From contig CAXXNF010000002.1 in NCBI GenBank assembly GCA_963666365.2, positions 2,240,001 to 2,304,000 on the forward strand: 64,000 nucleotides of DNA. The letters are read 5' to 3'. The notes beneath the pieces are model-generated. The model was not told the DNA's origin. It did not search any database and worked only from the letters and a program-made list of their open reading frames with translations. The position numbers and the translations under genes are program-made. The DNA is from Syntrophales bacterium. Its GTDB lineage: Bacteria > Desulfobacterota > Syntrophia > Syntrophales > UBA2210. Shown here one piece after another: positions 42,713 to 53,604 of the stretch; within the stretch, counting starts at the first letter, position 1; the number at the start of each line of letters is the position of its first letter.

Positions 42713-44194
42713 CTACTCGACGGTCCAAGTCGTCCCATCGGGACTATCCTTGAGCACAATCCCTTTTTCTTTAAGCTCGTCGCGCAGCCGATCCGCTTTT
42801 TTCCAGTCTTTCATCCGGCGAGCTTCCGACCGTCTTTCAATCAATTGCTCGATTTCTTCTCTGTCGAGCGCGCGCTTTCCCGTTTCCCTGTCACGGTCGC
42901 GCTCAAAATAGGCGGCCGGATCGTCCAGGAACAGACCCAGCACCTTTCCCACTTCCCGGAGATACCCCTTTGCCGCATTCAGGACAAAGAGAGGCTCGGC
43001 CTCCGGAAGGAACGTCTTATCCGCCATGTAGCTGTTAAGGATTCTCACCGTATCGAAGATATAGCCTATCGCACGGGCCGTGTTGAAATCATCGTCCATG
43101 GCCTCAACAAAACGCTCCGGTAGCAGGGATATTTTCTTCAGGTATTCTTCGTGTATCCCGAATATATCTTTTTCCGAAATATCCTTGTAGGCGGTATTTC
43201 GCGCCAAGGTCTCCTCGATAGTAGCCAAAGTGCCGTAAAATCGCTCCATGCCGCTCCTGGCCTCCCGCAGGGCTGCGTCTGAAAAATCGATTACGCTTTT
43301 ATAATGGCTTTGAAGGATAAATAACCGCAGGACTTCGGGGTGATACTGTGCAAGCACCTCCTTGATGGTAAAGAAATTTCCCAACGATTTTGACATTTTT
43401 TCGCTGTTGACTTTAACAAAACCGTTATGAATCCAGTATCGTGCAAATAATTTTCCCGACGCCCCTTCAGCCTGGGCGATCTCGTTTTCGTGATGGGGAA
43501 AAATCAGGTCCTCGCCCCCGCCATGAATGTCGAAGGTTTCTCCCAGATAGCGCTGGCTCATGACGGAACACTCGATATGCCACCCGGGCCGTCCCCTCCC
43601 CCATGGACTGTCCCACCATGGCTCCCCTTCTTTGCTCCCCTTCCAGAGTACAAAATCGAAGGGGTTTTTCTTTTTCACGTCCACCTCGATTCTGGCGCCC
43701 GCCATCATGTCGTCGAGCGATCTCCCCGCAAGCTTACCGTATCCCCTGAAGGCATCCACGGAATAAAATACGTCGCCGTCAACGACGTAGGCAAATCCTT
43801 CTTCGATCAACCGATCGATCATTCGGATCATACCCTTTATGTTTTCGGTTGCCCTTGGGGTTACGGTCGGCCGCGCCAATCCGAGGGCATCCATATCGTC
43901 GTTGTGTTCCCTGATGTACCGGTCGGCAATTGCAGCGATGTTGGTTCCTTCAGCGTTGGCCTTTCCAATGATCTTATCGTCTACATCGGTAAAATTTTTG
44001 ACATAGACGACATTATAGCCACGATAGCGAAGATATCGAAAAATAACGTCGAATACGATGGCCGAACGGGCATGACCGATATGACACACGTCATAGGCCG
44101 TAATGCCGCAGCAGTACATGCCCACCTTTCCTTCCTCGAGGGGAATGAATGCTTCCTTTTTCTTGGTCAGGGTATTGTATACACGCAACGTCAT
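42713..44194 (-). CDS. cysS: Cysteine--tRNA ligase
   Basis: YNTLTK, CGITAYD, HIGH, GRPGWHIECS, FPHHENE, KMSKS. Confidence 0.97.
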   Translation of the reverse strand: MTLRVYNTLTKKKEAFIPLEEGKVGMYCCGITAYDVCHIGHARSAIVFDVIFRYLRYRGYNVVYVKNFTDVDDKIIGKANAEGTNIAAIADRYIREHNDDMDALGLARPTVTPRATENIKGMIRMIDRLIEEGFAYVVDGDVFYSVDAFRGYGKLAGRSLDDMMAGARIEVDVKKKNPFDFVLWKGSKEGEPWWDSPWGRGRPGWHIECSVMSQRYLGETFDIHGGGEDLIFPHHENEIAQAEGASGKLFARYWIHNGFVKVNSEKMSKSLGNFFTIKEVLAQYHPEVLRLFILQSHYKSVIDFSDAALREARSGMERFYGTLATIEETLARNTAYKDISEKDIFGIHEEYLKKISLLPERFVEAMDDDFNTARAIGYIFDTVRILNSYMADKTFLPEAEPLFVLNAAKGYLREVGKVLGLFLDDPAAYFERDRDRETGKRALDREEIEQLIERRSEARRMKDWKKADRLRDELKEKGIVLKDSPDGTTWTVE

Positions 44195-44225
44195 GACGTT
44201 CACCAGACAAATCAATATGATTTTT

Positions 44226-45263
44226 TTACGGAAAGAGCGGAACAAGACCGAGACCGGCATCCTCAGGCATCCCGCAGAGAAGATTCATGTTCTGCACTGC
44301 CTGCCCCGCAGCGCCTTTTATCAGATTGTCAATAGCTGACACCAGGATCACGCGGCCGGTACGGACATCAACGGCAATGCCGATGTCACACATGTTCGAG
44401 CCTCTCACCGACACCACATTCGGGAAGGTTCCTTCGTCATATATTCTGACAAAGGGTTCCGATTGATAGAACTCACGATAGCGTTCAATCAGATCGCCGG
44501 CCGTGAGGTTCTTCCGAAGGGTCCCGTATATAGTGCTCAATATCCCGCGGTCTATCGGAATCAGGTGAGGCGTAAAGATCATTGCTACATCGGCCCCCGC
44601 CAGATTTCCCAATTCCTGTTCTATTTCGGGCGTATGACGATGGGTTCCCACCTTATAGGCCTTGAAGCCTTCATTGACTTCGCAAAAGAGCGACGTCATC
44701 TGCAGCTCCCTCCCGGCGCCGCTTACGCCTGATTTTGAATCCGCAATTATCGAAGTCGCGTCAATAAGGCCCTCCTTCAGCAAGGGGGCCAGTCCCAGAA
44801 TAATACTGGTAGGATAGCAGCCGGGATTTGCCACAAGCCGCGCCTCTTTGACGGCGGCGCGATACAGCTCGGGAAGACCGTACACTGCCTCCGAAAGCAG
44901 GTGCGGCGAGGTATGCGTAACATACCACTTCTCGTATATCTCGACGTTCCGTATACGATAATCCGCACTCAGATCAATAACCTTTTTCCCGGCATCGAGA
45001 AAGACAGGCGCCGCGTTCATGGCCTCTCCGTGGGGGACGGCCAGAAACACCACATCACAAAGCGACGCGACAACATCAGGCGATGCATCAATATATTCAA
45101 GGTCCGTCAACTTCTTGAAATGGGGGTATATTTTAGAAAAAGCCTCTCCCTTGTACCGTCGGGAAGTTACCGCCGATACCTCGACCTCGGGGTGAAAGGT
45201 GAGCAGTCGCATCAATTCCTGCCCCGTATATCCGCTTGCTCCGTAAATTCCGACTTGTATCAC
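44226..45263 (-). CDS. argC: N-acetyl-gamma-glutamyl-phosphate reductase
   Basis: GASGYTG, VIDLSAD, YGLPE, ANPGCYPT, HRHTPEI, DNLIKGAAGQA; probable GTG start. Confidence 0.96.
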   Translation of the reverse strand: MIQVGIYGASGYTGQELMRLLTFHPEVEVSAVTSRRYKGEAFSKIYPHFKKLTDLEYIDASPDVVASLCDVVFLAVPHGEAMNAAPVFLDAGKKVIDLSADYRIRNVEIYEKWYVTHTSPHLLSEAVYGLPELYRAAVKEARLVANPGCYPTSIILGLAPLLKEGLIDATSIIADSKSGVSGAGRELQMTSLFCEVNEGFKAYKVGTHRHTPEIEQELGNLAGADVAMIFTPHLIPIDRGILSTIYGTLRKNLTAGDLIERYREFYQSEPFVRIYDEGTFPNVVSVRGSNMCDIGIAVDVRTGRVILVSAIDNLIKGAAGQAVQNMNLLCGMPEDAGLGLVPLFP

Positions 45264-45277
45264 AGGCGCCCCCAATG

Positions 45278-45302
45278 AAAAACGGGGAGCAAAAGCCCCC
45301 CG
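45278..45302 (-). terminator. Intrinsic terminator after rpsI
   Basis: Minus strand cggggggc-tttt-gctccccg followed by TTTTT. Confidence 0.7.
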
Positions 45303-45320
45303 CTGTTTTTGTTTTTTTGA

Positions 45321-45713
45321 TTATCGTTTCGAATATTGGAACCGTTTGCGCGCACCAGGCTGACCGTATTTCTTACGCTCCTTGATGCGGTCATCTCTCG
45401 TGAGAAAGCCGGCCTTCTTTAACACGGCCTTCAGCTCTTCATTATATTCCACCAGCACCTTGGAGATGCCGTGTTTTACCGCACCTGCCTGCCCTGCGAT
45501 ACCGCCCCCCCGCACATTGACAAAGAAATCAAACTTATTCTGAGTCTGGGTCATATCCAGCGGTTGACGAATAAGACGCTTCAGCGTTTCCAGCCCGAAA
45601 TATTCGTCTAAACTTCTTTTATTGACGACGAATTCGCCGTTCCCTTCCGACATCCATACTCGTGCAACGGCAGTTTTCCTCTTTCCCGTCGCATAGTATC
45701 TTTTCTGAGCCAT
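45321..45713 (-). CDS. rpsI: 30S ribosomal protein S9
   Basis: [17 protein letters not shown]...[10 protein letters not shown]. Confidence 0.98.
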   Translation of the reverse strand: MAQKRYYATGKRKTAVARVWMSEGNGEFVVNKRSLDEYFGLETLKRLIRQPLDMTQTQNKFDFFVNVRGGGIAGQAGAVKHGISKVLVEYNEELKAVLKKAGFLTRDDRIKERKKYGQPGARKRFQYSKR

Positions 45714-45740
45714 AGTCGTCCTCTTTCTCCCGTCGCAATT

Positions 45741-46169
45741 TTACATTTGCAGCATTTCGGGCTGTTGAGCCTCATGCGGATGCTCACTCCCCCGGTATAT
45801 CTTGAGTTTTTTCAGCATTTGTCTTCCAAGGCTGTTTTTCGGCAACATGCCCTTCACCGCATACCGTAACAGCGATTCCGGCTCTTTTTCGAGTAACTCC
45901 CGCGCACTGGTCGTTTTCAATCCACCCGGATATCCGCTATGGCGGTAATACATCTTATCGGTAAGTTTATTGCCGGTGAGCCTGATCCTCTCGGCATTGA
46001 TCACGACAATGAAATCTCCTGTATCGACATGGGGAGTGTAGAGAGGACGATGTTTGCCTCTCAGTCGTTTTGCTATCTCACTTGCCAGCCGACCCAACAC
46101 CAGGCCGTCGGCGTTAAAGAGATACCACGCCTTTGATATGTCTTCTTTTTTTGCGCTGTATGTTTTCAT
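45741..46169 (-). CDS. rplM: 50S ribosomal protein L13
   Basis: [34 protein letters not shown]. Confidence 0.98.
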   Translation of the reverse strand: MKTYSAKKEDISKAWYLFNADGLVLGRLASEIAKRLRGKHRPLYTPHVDTGDFIVVINAERIRLTGNKLTDKMYYRHSGYPGGLKTTSARELLEKEPESLLRYAVKGMLPKNSLGRQMLKKLKIYRGSEHPHEAQQPEMLQM

Positions 46170-46255
46170 AATCCACCATAGCTGTAGTCAAAAACTGAAG
46201 GGGTAACCTATGAAATTAATATCCTTTTGTCAAGTGAAAAAACTCATAATCCCTT

Positions 46256-48460
46256 TTAAAGATTGTCGCGAGAACCTGCCCCCGACATTTTTTCTCCAGT
46301 ACCAAGGCCGAACAGCGAAAATACGCACAAAAATTCCTGGTCGTCATAGGAATCGCGATACTCAAAGGCAACCTGCCAGCACTGCTTTTGGTAGGTAAAT
46401 CCATAGGATGTTTCAAGCGTCCGGTTATCCAGTTTATTATCTCTTACCACATAGGAAAGAGCCACTCGTTCCGTTATCTTTGCCTTGAGATAAAGGTTCA
46501 GTTCCTCCAGTTCATCCTGGGTATAGCGGTATTCGAACACTGCGGAATCACCGCGAGAATCCAGTACAGTAACGGCACTGTTGAGCGCCTTGCATTCTCC
46601 GGCGTTCACGTCATAAATTGAATCGATATCGGCATAGCAGTACTCATTGGGCGACAGATCCATTTCCATGCCTACCTCACTGAAGGGCCGCCGCTCCTGC
46701 GCCCCGGGACCAGGGTTTCTCCTTGCCTCTATGATGTCATAGGATTGACTCAGTTTCAGATTGAGAATTTCCCGGTACGAGACAGCGCCCTGTTCATCCC
46801 TGACCCGCGCCGTCAATGTATTTGTCAGTGCACAGATTATCCGGTTTTCCTCGTCGACGGCATCGACAAAGTCTGGTCGATCAGCTGCTTCGACATTGGG
46901 AACATAGCGATAAGTGATTTCAGGCCGTATGCTGTGGCGGATCTTGTCGACCGATTGACCGCCCACGTGAAAGACGCGCTGAAGCTCCGAATCGAGGGTC
47001 GCGGCGACATGATAGATCTCTCTGCTTTTACTGTTTCCGGAGGTCAGGCCACTGGTATCCTCACTGTCCCAGACGGTCTCTCTTACCCCGATCTCAGGGG
47101 TAAAGGAAAAGTAAGAACCGACGTTCATCGGCAGCGAAAGCACCGGCGCAATGTCGAAGAGGTGTCCTCTCTGTCCAGCGGTTCTGTAATAGTAGCCGTA
47201 AAAGGATCCCATGGCGATATGAAAGGGGGTGCCGGCGAGGGGTTGTTCGATCCCTGTCAGCGTGATTTCCGGATATTTCTGGAGCGTGTCGTCATTGGAG
47301 TAACTCTGAAAATTGTCCGTATATTGGGTCCGTGCCGTCAGATTAAACAGGTTCCAATCCTTGGCGAGGCGAACCGATGACCTCAACATCGGCAACGATT
47401 TGTCTCCATAAAACGATACTCGAGAAAAACGCTTATTGGTGTCTGTGTCATAATGCCTCAGATAATAATTATGGGAATCGAAATCCTTGAAATACCAGTT
47501 GTCCGATACTTTTTTCAGGCTCGCCTTAAGATACAGGCCTGACTCGAATCGAGTTTCATGATCAAGATAGTAGGACCACCGCTTCTGTTCTCCTTCCCAG
47601 TCCCGAAAAAGCGATCCCGCTTCGTCCACTCCGACGATATCCATATGGTCGTTCAGAAAATCTGCATAGAATGTCCCAAAGGAAGATGCGCCGAGGCAGT
47701 AGCGAAACTCCACCCCTTCCTGAAATCCTCGTTTGTCCATGTATCTTTGATAAAAGGTGGCATCGGCCTCATCCGAAATGGCCCAGTAAAGGGGGATTTC
47801 CAGATCCAGACCCAGTTTGTCGCGTGAATAGGCGATTCGAGGGTAGAGCAGTCCGCTTTGTCTGGTTGTTTTTGCCGGGAATATCATGTAGGGCACGTAG
47901 AGAAGCGGCACATCCTTCACCTTGAAAAACCCCTGCGCCATCGTCCCGTATCCATCGATGACGACATTGATTCTTTCACCGGTAATTTTCCAATCGGGAT
48001 TGTCGCCGTCGCAGGTTGTCACGGTCGCCTCCTCGAGCGAATAGGTGGCATCTCCCTTTTTCTCTATCTTTTTTCCTCTCAAATAGAGGTGATTTTTCTC
48101 AATAAAGATCTTTCCATCTGAAATGATGCCGCTTTTATCAGCTACATTGAACTCGACCCTTTGCCCCTCCATACGATCGGCGCCATCTGCAATCACCACG
48201 TTTCCCTCGGCAATGGCCTCTTCTGAAATTTTACGAAGCACTACGCTGTCGGCTTTGAGATAGCCGTCCGCAAAGTATATTGTCACATTTCCCTCGGCAT
48301 CATAGGTTTCACTATCGCGGTCAAAGGATATGCTGTCGGCTTCTATTTCATAAGGACCAGCCGGTGCACCACGATCAAGGGCGCACAGGGGGAACACCGG
48401 CCAAAGAATCACCATCCACATAATTAAGAAACTGCATTTGAGCAGGCCTTTCACGGACAC
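46256..48460 (-). CDS. lptD: LPS-assembly outer membrane protein LptD
   Basis: Signal peptide, OstA-like N-terminus (IEAD, AEGNV), TTCD...PDW, RQSGLLYP, C-terminal YQKQCW. Confidence 0.88.
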   Translation of the reverse strand: MSVKGLLKCSFLIMWMVILWPVFPLCALDRGAPAGPYEIEADSISFDRDSETYDAEGNVTIYFADGYLKADSVVLRKISEEAIAEGNVVIADGADRMEGQRVEFNVADKSGIISDGKIFIEKNHLYLRGKKIEKKGDATYSLEEATVTTCDGDNPDWKITGERINVVIDGYGTMAQGFFKVKDVPLLYVPYMIFPAKTTRQSGLLYPRIAYSRDKLGLDLEIPLYWAISDEADATFYQRYMDKRGFQEGVEFRYCLGASSFGTFYADFLNDHMDIVGVDEAGSLFRDWEGEQKRWSYYLDHETRFESGLYLKASLKKVSDNWYFKDFDSHNYYLRHYDTDTNKRFSRVSFYGDKSLPMLRSSVRLAKDWNLFNLTARTQYTDNFQSYSNDDTLQKYPEITLTGIEQPLAGTPFHIAMGSFYGYYYRTAGQRGHLFDIAPVLSLPMNVGSYFSFTPEIGVRETVWDSEDTSGLTSGNSKSREIYHVAATLDSELQRVFHVGGQSVDKIRHSIRPEITYRYVPNVEAADRPDFVDAVDEENRIICALTNTLTARVRDEQGAVSYREILNLKLSQSYDIIEARRNPGPGAQERRPFSEVGMEMDLSPNEYCYADIDSIYDVNAGECKALNSAVTVLDSRGDSAVFEYRYTQDELEELNLYLKAKITERVALSYVVRDNKLDNRTLETSYGFTYQKQCWQVAFEYRDSYDDQEFLCVFSLFGLGTGEKMSGAGSRDNL

Positions 48461-48530
48461 TCTCTCCTGTGTCTATTGTGTTGTACCCAGAATGAGCATG
48501 TATCTACCATAAAAGAGGTGGTTTGAACAT

Positions 48531-49787
48531 CTAAAAGGGGAAATCGGCTTTTACCGCACCAACAAGATAAAGAGAACCGGTTACACAGACAAGATCATTT
48601 GCGCCCGCCTGCTTTACGGCGCGAAGCAGTGCCTCTCGAGGATTTTTTACTACCTCGGCAGGCACGGTACAGGTGCGTGCCAGTCGGGATAAACGCCTTG
48701 CGGGAAGACTTCGCGCCACTTCCGGTTCGGTCATGATCACCCTGTCCGCCATCCCGGCAAGCATGCGAAGCATCGTGACGTAATGCTTGTCGTTCATCAC
48801 CCCAAACACCACAATGAGCCTCTCATAGGAAAAGTCGCTGCGAAGCGCCCTGCACAGCGCCGACATGCCGGCGGGATTATGGGCGCCGTCGACAATCACC
48901 CGAGGATCGACGCTGAGCGTCTCAAGCCTTCCCTCCCATCGCGTGTCGGCAACGCCCTTCACCACCGACTCATCGGAAAGTACAAATCCTTTTTGCTGAA
49001 GCATCTCTGTGGCGGCCAGAGCCAGAGCGGCATTGTCGGCTTGATGCCGCCCCGGGAGTGGAAGCGGAAGATTCCTGAAGCACCTATGCATTCCATAGTA
49101 GGAAATTTTTCCCTCTCCCCTGTATCGGACCTTGAAATCCTTTCCTTCTCTCATAAAGGGCACCCGCTTGTATCGGGCCATCTCCTCCAGCAGGGCAATC
49201 ACCTGTTTCTGACGCACCCCGGTGATCAGGGGACACTTTTCTTTTATAATGCCCCCCTTTTCCCGCGCAATCTCCGTAAGTCGTCGTCCAAGATACTGTT
49301 GATGCTCCAGCGATATATTCGTAATAATAGATACTTCAGGATCGACGCAATTCGTTGCATCAAGCCTTCCCCCCATCCCTACTTCCGCGACGGCAACATC
49401 GACGCGACACCGTTGAAAATACAAAAAGGCCATAACCGTCGCCATTTCAAAGTACGTAATGTCTTCGCACATCGACCGTCTGACAGTATCGATGCAATCT
49501 ATCACATCCTCTTTCGGTATCAGCCGATCATCTATTCTGATGCGTTCACGGAAATCGACAAGGTGGGGCGACGTATATAAACCCACCCGGTACCCACCGG
49601 CCCTAAGGATTGAGGCAAGCATCGCGGCGACCGAGCCTTTGCCGTTGGTTCCTCCAATGTGAATGGTCGCATAGGCTCGGTGCGGATTGCCCAGACGGGT
49701 AAGCAGCCGCGAAACGGGACCGAGATCCATGTTGATCCCCTTTTTTTCCAGATCCTTCAAGAACGTTAAGGAACCCTGATAGCTCAT
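48531..49787 (-). CDS. folC: Folylpolyglutamate synthase/dihydrofolate synthase
   Basis: IHIGGTNGKGS, YTSPHL, EVGMGGRLDATN, DGAHNP, TGSLYLVG. Confidence 0.96.
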   Translation of the reverse strand: MSYQGSLTFLKDLEKKGINMDLGPVSRLLTRLGNPHRAYATIHIGGTNGKGSVAAMLASILRAGGYRVGLYTSPHLVDFRERIRIDDRLIPKEDVIDCIDTVRRSMCEDITYFEMATVMAFLYFQRCRVDVAVAEVGMGGRLDATNCVDPEVSIITNISLEHQQYLGRRLTEIAREKGGIIKEKCPLITGVRQKQVIALLEEMARYKRVPFMREGKDFKVRYRGEGKISYYGMHRCFRNLPLPLPGRHQADNAALALAATEMLQQKGFVLSDESVVKGVADTRWEGRLETLSVDPRVIVDGAHNPAGMSALCRALRSDFSYERLIVVFGVMNDKHYVTMLRMLAGMADRVIMTEPEVARSLPARRLSRLARTCTVPAEVVKNPREALLRAVKQAGANDLVCVTGSLYLVGAVKADFPF

Positions 49788-49812
49788 GGGCAAGGGAAAC
49801 CTTTCATCAAGA

Positions 49813-49854
49813 AAAAGCCATGGAGTCTCCCGTCCAAAGGAGCCCATGGCCTTT
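49813..49854 (-). terminator. Hairpin / probable terminator
   Basis: aaaagccatgg...ccatggccttt stem between the small EF-like gene and folC. Confidence 0.5.
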
Positions 49855-49884
49855 ACTTTTTACGTGGATGCCGCGATGGAGTGC

Positions 49885-50145
49885 TCAGTCGGGCAGAATT
49901 CTGAATACTTCGTCTCCGGGACGTACACGCTCGATCACTTTGACGCCGATATAATCCCCGGGCACGGCTTTTTCCACTTTTTCATTGTTAATTTCCATCG
50001 AGTCAATAATCTCTTCAAAATCCGTGGTATGGCCGCTATATTTGATCTTATCGCCCACGTGCAATTCCCCCGCTGTAATCTTGACAGCGGCGACACTCGG
50101 TTTCGCAAAAAACTTCACCACTTCGCCTATCTTTTCCTCTGCCAT
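49885..50145 (-). CDS. Small translation-elongation-factor domain II-like / U32 C-terminal-like beta-barrel protein
   Basis: IGEVVKFFAKPSVAAV...LHVGDKI...GHTTDF...SME...A.PGD.IGVKV..RVRPGD.V; AAGGAGG RBS. Confidence 0.8.
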   Translation of the reverse strand: MAEEKIGEVVKFFAKPSVAAVKITAGELHVGDKIKYSGHTTDFEEIIDSMEINNEKVEKAVPGDYIGVKVIERVRPGDEVFRILPD

Positions 50146-50267
50146 ACTATCACCTCCTTGGGTCCATCATCACCCTCGATTGCCGGTCGATCTGAAACCC
50201 AATCATATAATAAGTCCTTCACACATAATGAGTTGATTATAACGGCCACATCAGAAAAATCAAGAAC

Positions 50268-50298
50268 AAAAAAAGGGGCAAGGTCTCCGCCTCGCCCC
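50268..50298 (-). terminator. Intrinsic terminator of the ribosomal superoperon
   Basis: Minus strand ggggcgagg-cggaga-ccttgcccc followed by TTTTTTT. Confidence 0.8.
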
Positions 50299-50323
50299 CC
50301 ATGTACTGTTTCTTTTTGGTGTC

Positions 50324-50674
50324 TTACACCAGTTCAATTACCGACATCGGCGCATTATCACCCATTCTGTTTGCCATTTTTATTATTCTGGTATAGCCGC
50401 CGGCCCTGTCGTTGTAGCGGGACGATAACTCGGTAAATACCTTGTCGGCCACCGTTCTGTCGCGAATAAAAGAGAGTGCCTGCCGCCTCGCATGAAGTGT
50501 TCCGGTCTTACCCAAAGTAATCATTTTTTCGGCAACACTCCTCAATTCCTTGGCCTTGGCATCCGTTGTCGTTATTTTCTCGTATTTCAGAAGGGATGTG
50601 ACAAGATTTCTCATCATCGCCTTTCTGTGACTCGACGTTCTTCCCAGTTTTCTTCCGGCCTTTCTGTGACGCAT
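50324..50674 (-). CDS. rplQ: 50S ribosomal protein L17
   Basis: [24 protein letters not shown]. Confidence 0.98.
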   Translation of the reverse strand: MRHRKAGRKLGRTSSHRKAMMRNLVTSLLKYEKITTTDAKAKELRSVAEKMITLGKTGTLHARRQALSFIRDRTVADKVFTELSSRYNDRAGGYTRIIKMANRMGDNAPMSVIELV

Positions 50675-50700
50675 GGCACTTCGTTCCTTTCTAGACGGTG

Positions 50701-51699
50701 TTACTTCTCTTCTTCGGGTTCCTTCGAAGGCGGCGGGAAATCCATTTTAACTCCCAATCCGAGGCCCATTTCACCCAGAATCTCCTTGATCTCATTGAGC
50801 GATTTTCTGCCGAAGTTTTTTGTCTTGAGCATCTCGGCTTCAGTTTTCTGGACCAATTCTCCTATATATTGAATCCCAGCATTTTTAAGGCAATTCGCCG
50901 ATCGGACAGACAGCTCCAGTTCATCGACGCTTTTAAAGAGGTTTTCGTTCACCTGTTCTTCTTCTTCAACTTCTTTGTGTTCTCCCTCTTCTTCAATTTC
51001 TTCGAAATTGATAAATACATCGAGTTGCTCTTTCAATATGCGCGCCGCATAGGCGAGCGCGTCTTCGGGGAATACGCCTCCATCAGTCCATATTTCAATG
51101 ACCAGTCTGTCATAATCAGTAATATGCCCGACACGGGCGTTCGATACCGAGTATGCCACCCTCTTTATCGGAGAAAAGGTGGCATCGATATTAATCGTTC
51201 CCTCGGGTTGATCCATCTCTTTTTCGCTTTTTGCAGGAACATAGCCCTTCCCGATCTTTACCGTCAGTTCAGCTTTCAGATTCGCTCCTTTTGAAAGCGT
51301 CGCGATGTGGTGATTTTTGTTCAACACCTCCACCGTACCGTCGGTTATGATGTCGCCTGCCGTTACGACCCCTTCCACAGAGGCATCGATATGAATAAAC
51401 TTTTGCTCCCCCTGATGCAGTTTCAGACGAACTCCCTTAAGATTCAAAACAATGCTGCTTACATCTTCTTTCACACCCGGTATGGTCGAAAATTCATGAA
51501 GGACGCCATCAAACCGCACCGATGTAATCGCTGCACCATAGATGGAAGAAAGAAGTACTCTTCGTAATGAATTGCCAAGGGTAGTGCCATAACCCTTTTC
51601 TAAAGGCTGGCAGTCAAATTCACCATAAAATTGGCTGTGAGTATCCTCATCAACTTCTATCCGTTTTGGTTTTATTAGACTGCGCCAGTTCTTTTGCAT
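50701..51699 (-). CDS. rpoA: RNA polymerase alpha subunit
   Basis: [40 protein letters not shown]. Confidence 0.98.
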   Translation of the reverse strand: MQKNWRSLIKPKRIEVDEDTHSQFYGEFDCQPLEKGYGTTLGNSLRRVLLSSIYGAAITSVRFDGVLHEFSTIPGVKEDVSSIVLNLKGVRLKLHQGEQKFIHIDASVEGVVTAGDIITDGTVEVLNKNHHIATLSKGANLKAELTVKIGKGYVPAKSEKEMDQPEGTINIDATFSPIKRVAYSVSNARVGHITDYDRLVIEIWTDGGVFPEDALAYAARILKEQLDVFINFEEIEEEGEHKEVEEEEQVNENLFKSVDELELSVRSANCLKNAGIQYIGELVQKTEAEMLKTKNFGRKSLNEIKEILGEMGLGLGVKMDFPPPSKEPEEEK

Positions 51700-51735
51700 A
51701 TTTCCAATTCCTCATAAAAGTAAGATGGTTTCCTG

Positions 51736-52368
51736 CTACTTGGAGTAAAACTCAACCACCATTTGCTCCTGAATAGGCATCGTCAGCTCGTCCCGATTGG
51801 GCATCATTTTCACCACGCCCGAAAAGGCATCCCTATCTACCTCAAGCCATTGGGGTACGCCGCGTCTCGCGACGGTATCCATCGCTTCGAGAATGCGCGT
51901 TACGTTTCGAGACTTTTCCCGAACCTGGATTTTATCGCCTATCTTAATCAGATATGAGGGTATATCTACCTTTTTGCCGTTCACCAGAAAGTGCCCGTGC
52001 CGTACAAGCTGTCGCGCATCGTCTCTCGAATTTGCGAATCCCATTCGATAGACCATATTATCGAATCTTCTTTCCAGCAGTATGAGAAGTTTCGTTCCCG
52101 TCACACCTTTTCCCCGCTCTGCCTTGACAAAATAGCCACGGAACTGCTTCTCCATCAGTCCGTACATCCGTTTCAGTTTTTGCTTTTCACGCAACTGCAC
52201 GCCGTAATCGGATTTTTTCTTCCGCACTCTCATCTGGCCATGTTCGCCGGGAGCGTATCCTCTCCGTTCAAAGGCGCACTTGTCGCTGTAACACCTGTCG
52301 CCCTTGAGAAATAACTTTATACCCTCACTTCGGCATATCCTGCATGCTGATTCAGTGTATCTTGCCAA
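51736..52368 (-). CDS. rpsD: 30S ribosomal protein S4
   Basis: ARY...[33 protein letters not shown] start at 52368 with GGAGG RBS. Confidence 0.97.
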   Translation of the reverse strand: MARYTESACRICRSEGIKLFLKGDRCYSDKCAFERRGYAPGEHGQMRVRKKKSDYGVQLREKQKLKRMYGLMEKQFRGYFVKAERGKGVTGTKLLILLERRFDNMVYRMGFANSRDDARQLVRHGHFLVNGKKVDIPSYLIKIGDKIQVREKSRNVTRILEAMDTVARRGVPQWLEVDRDAFSGVVKMMPNRDELTMPIQEQMVVEFYSK

Positions 52369-52420
52369 AATATTCCTCCATAGATACCGAAAAAACAGTA
52401 TCAAAACGTAGTAGTGTATA

Positions 52421-52813
52421 TTAAACTCTTCTTCGCTTCGGTGGACGGCACCCATTATGGGGAATCGGCGTGACGTCCCGTATAAGCGTTATGGTAAGAC
52501 CGGCAGCCTGAAGTGCCCTCAGGGCGGATTCTCTACCCGCTCCCGGCCCTTTCACGTAAACCTGCACACTTCTCAGTCCGTGCACCTTTGCCTTTTTCAC
52601 CGCCTCCGTGGCCGTAAGCTGTGCGGCAAAGGGAGTGCTTTTTCGAGAACCTTTAAATCCCTGAGCCCCACCCGATGACCAGGAAATGACATTTCCACTT
52701 ACATCGGTTATGGTGACAATAGTATTATTGAAAGTCGATTGAATATGCGCAATACCTTCACTGATATTTTTCTTTTCCTTCTTTTTAACGCCCCTTCGCG
52801 ATGGTCGAGCCAT
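52421..52813 (-). CDS. rpsK: 30S ribosomal protein S11
   Basis: [35 protein letters not shown]. Confidence 0.98.
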   Translation of the reverse strand: MARPSRRGVKKKEKKNISEGIAHIQSTFNNTIVTITDVSGNVISWSSGGAQGFKGSRKSTPFAAQLTATEAVKKAKVHGLRSVQVYVKGPGAGRESALRALQAAGLTITLIRDVTPIPHNGCRPPKRRRV

Positions 52814-52830
52814 TGTTCCTCCAATCTTTC

Positions 52831-53202
52831 CTATTTCTTTCTCTTACCGCCAATCGCCCTTCGGGGTCCCTTCCTGGTGCGTGCGTTGGTACAGGTTCGC
52901 TGTCCCCTCACAGGAAGACCCTTTCTGTGTCGTAACCCGCGGTATGTCCCCACGTCCATAAGTCTCTTGATAGACATGGACACTTCTCTTCGCAAATCAC
53001 CTTCGACCTTGTGCTCTTTGTCGATAATGTTCCTGATCGCCGTAATCTGATCGTCAGCAAGATCATCAGTTTTTGTGTCGAAATCAATCCCCGCTTCTCC
53101 AAGAATTTCCTTCGCCTTCGTTTTTCCTATACCGTAAATATACGTAAGTGCGATTTCCATCCGCTTATTTTTCGGTAAATCAACGCCTGCAATTCGTGCC
53201 AC
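52831..53202 (-). CDS. rpsM: 30S ribosomal protein S13
   Basis: [30 protein letters not shown]. Confidence 0.98.
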   Translation of the reverse strand: MARIAGVDLPKNKRMEIALTYIYGIGKTKAKEILGEAGIDFDTKTDDLADDQITAIRNIIDKEHKVEGDLRREVSMSIKRLMDVGTYRGLRHRKGLPVRGQRTCTNARTRKGPRRAIGGKRKK

Positions 53203-53219
53203 CCTGCAATTCTCCTTCC

Positions 53220-53333
53220 CTATCCTTGACGCTGTTTATGCTTTGGATTCTCACAAATTACCCTTATGACGCCGCGCCGTTTGATAATCTTGCATTTGTC
53301 ACATATTCTTTTGACTGATGCTCTGACTTTCAC
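53220..53333 (-). CDS. rpmJ: 50S ribosomal protein L36
   Basis: Manual translation [37 protein letters not shown] (GTG start). Confidence 0.97.
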   Translation of the reverse strand: MKVRASVKRICDKCKIIKRRGVIRVICENPKHKQRQG

Positions 53334-53361
53334 GTTACGTTCTCCATTTTCTCTTTAACAA

Positions 53362-53580
53362 TTATTTTGACCGGTAGGTAATACGACCTCTCGTCAAATC
53401 GTAAGGCGACAGTTCCACCGTCACCTTGTCTCCCGGCAGTATCTTTATAAAATGCATCCTCATTTTCCCCGAAATATGGGCAAGCACGCGATGGCCATTC
53501 TCAAGCTCCACACGAAACATCGCATTGGGCAGCGGCTCAACCACAGTACCCTCAACCACTATAGATTCTTCTTTTGCCAT
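53362..53580 (-). CDS. infA: Translation initiation factor IF-1
   Basis: [33 protein letters not shown]. Confidence 0.98.
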   Translation of the reverse strand: MAKEESIVVEGTVVEPLPNAMFRVELENGHRVLAHISGKMRMHFIKILPGDKVTVELSPYDLTRGRITYRSK

Positions 53581-53604
53581 ATCGCCTCCGACTCGTTCAC
53601 CCTA

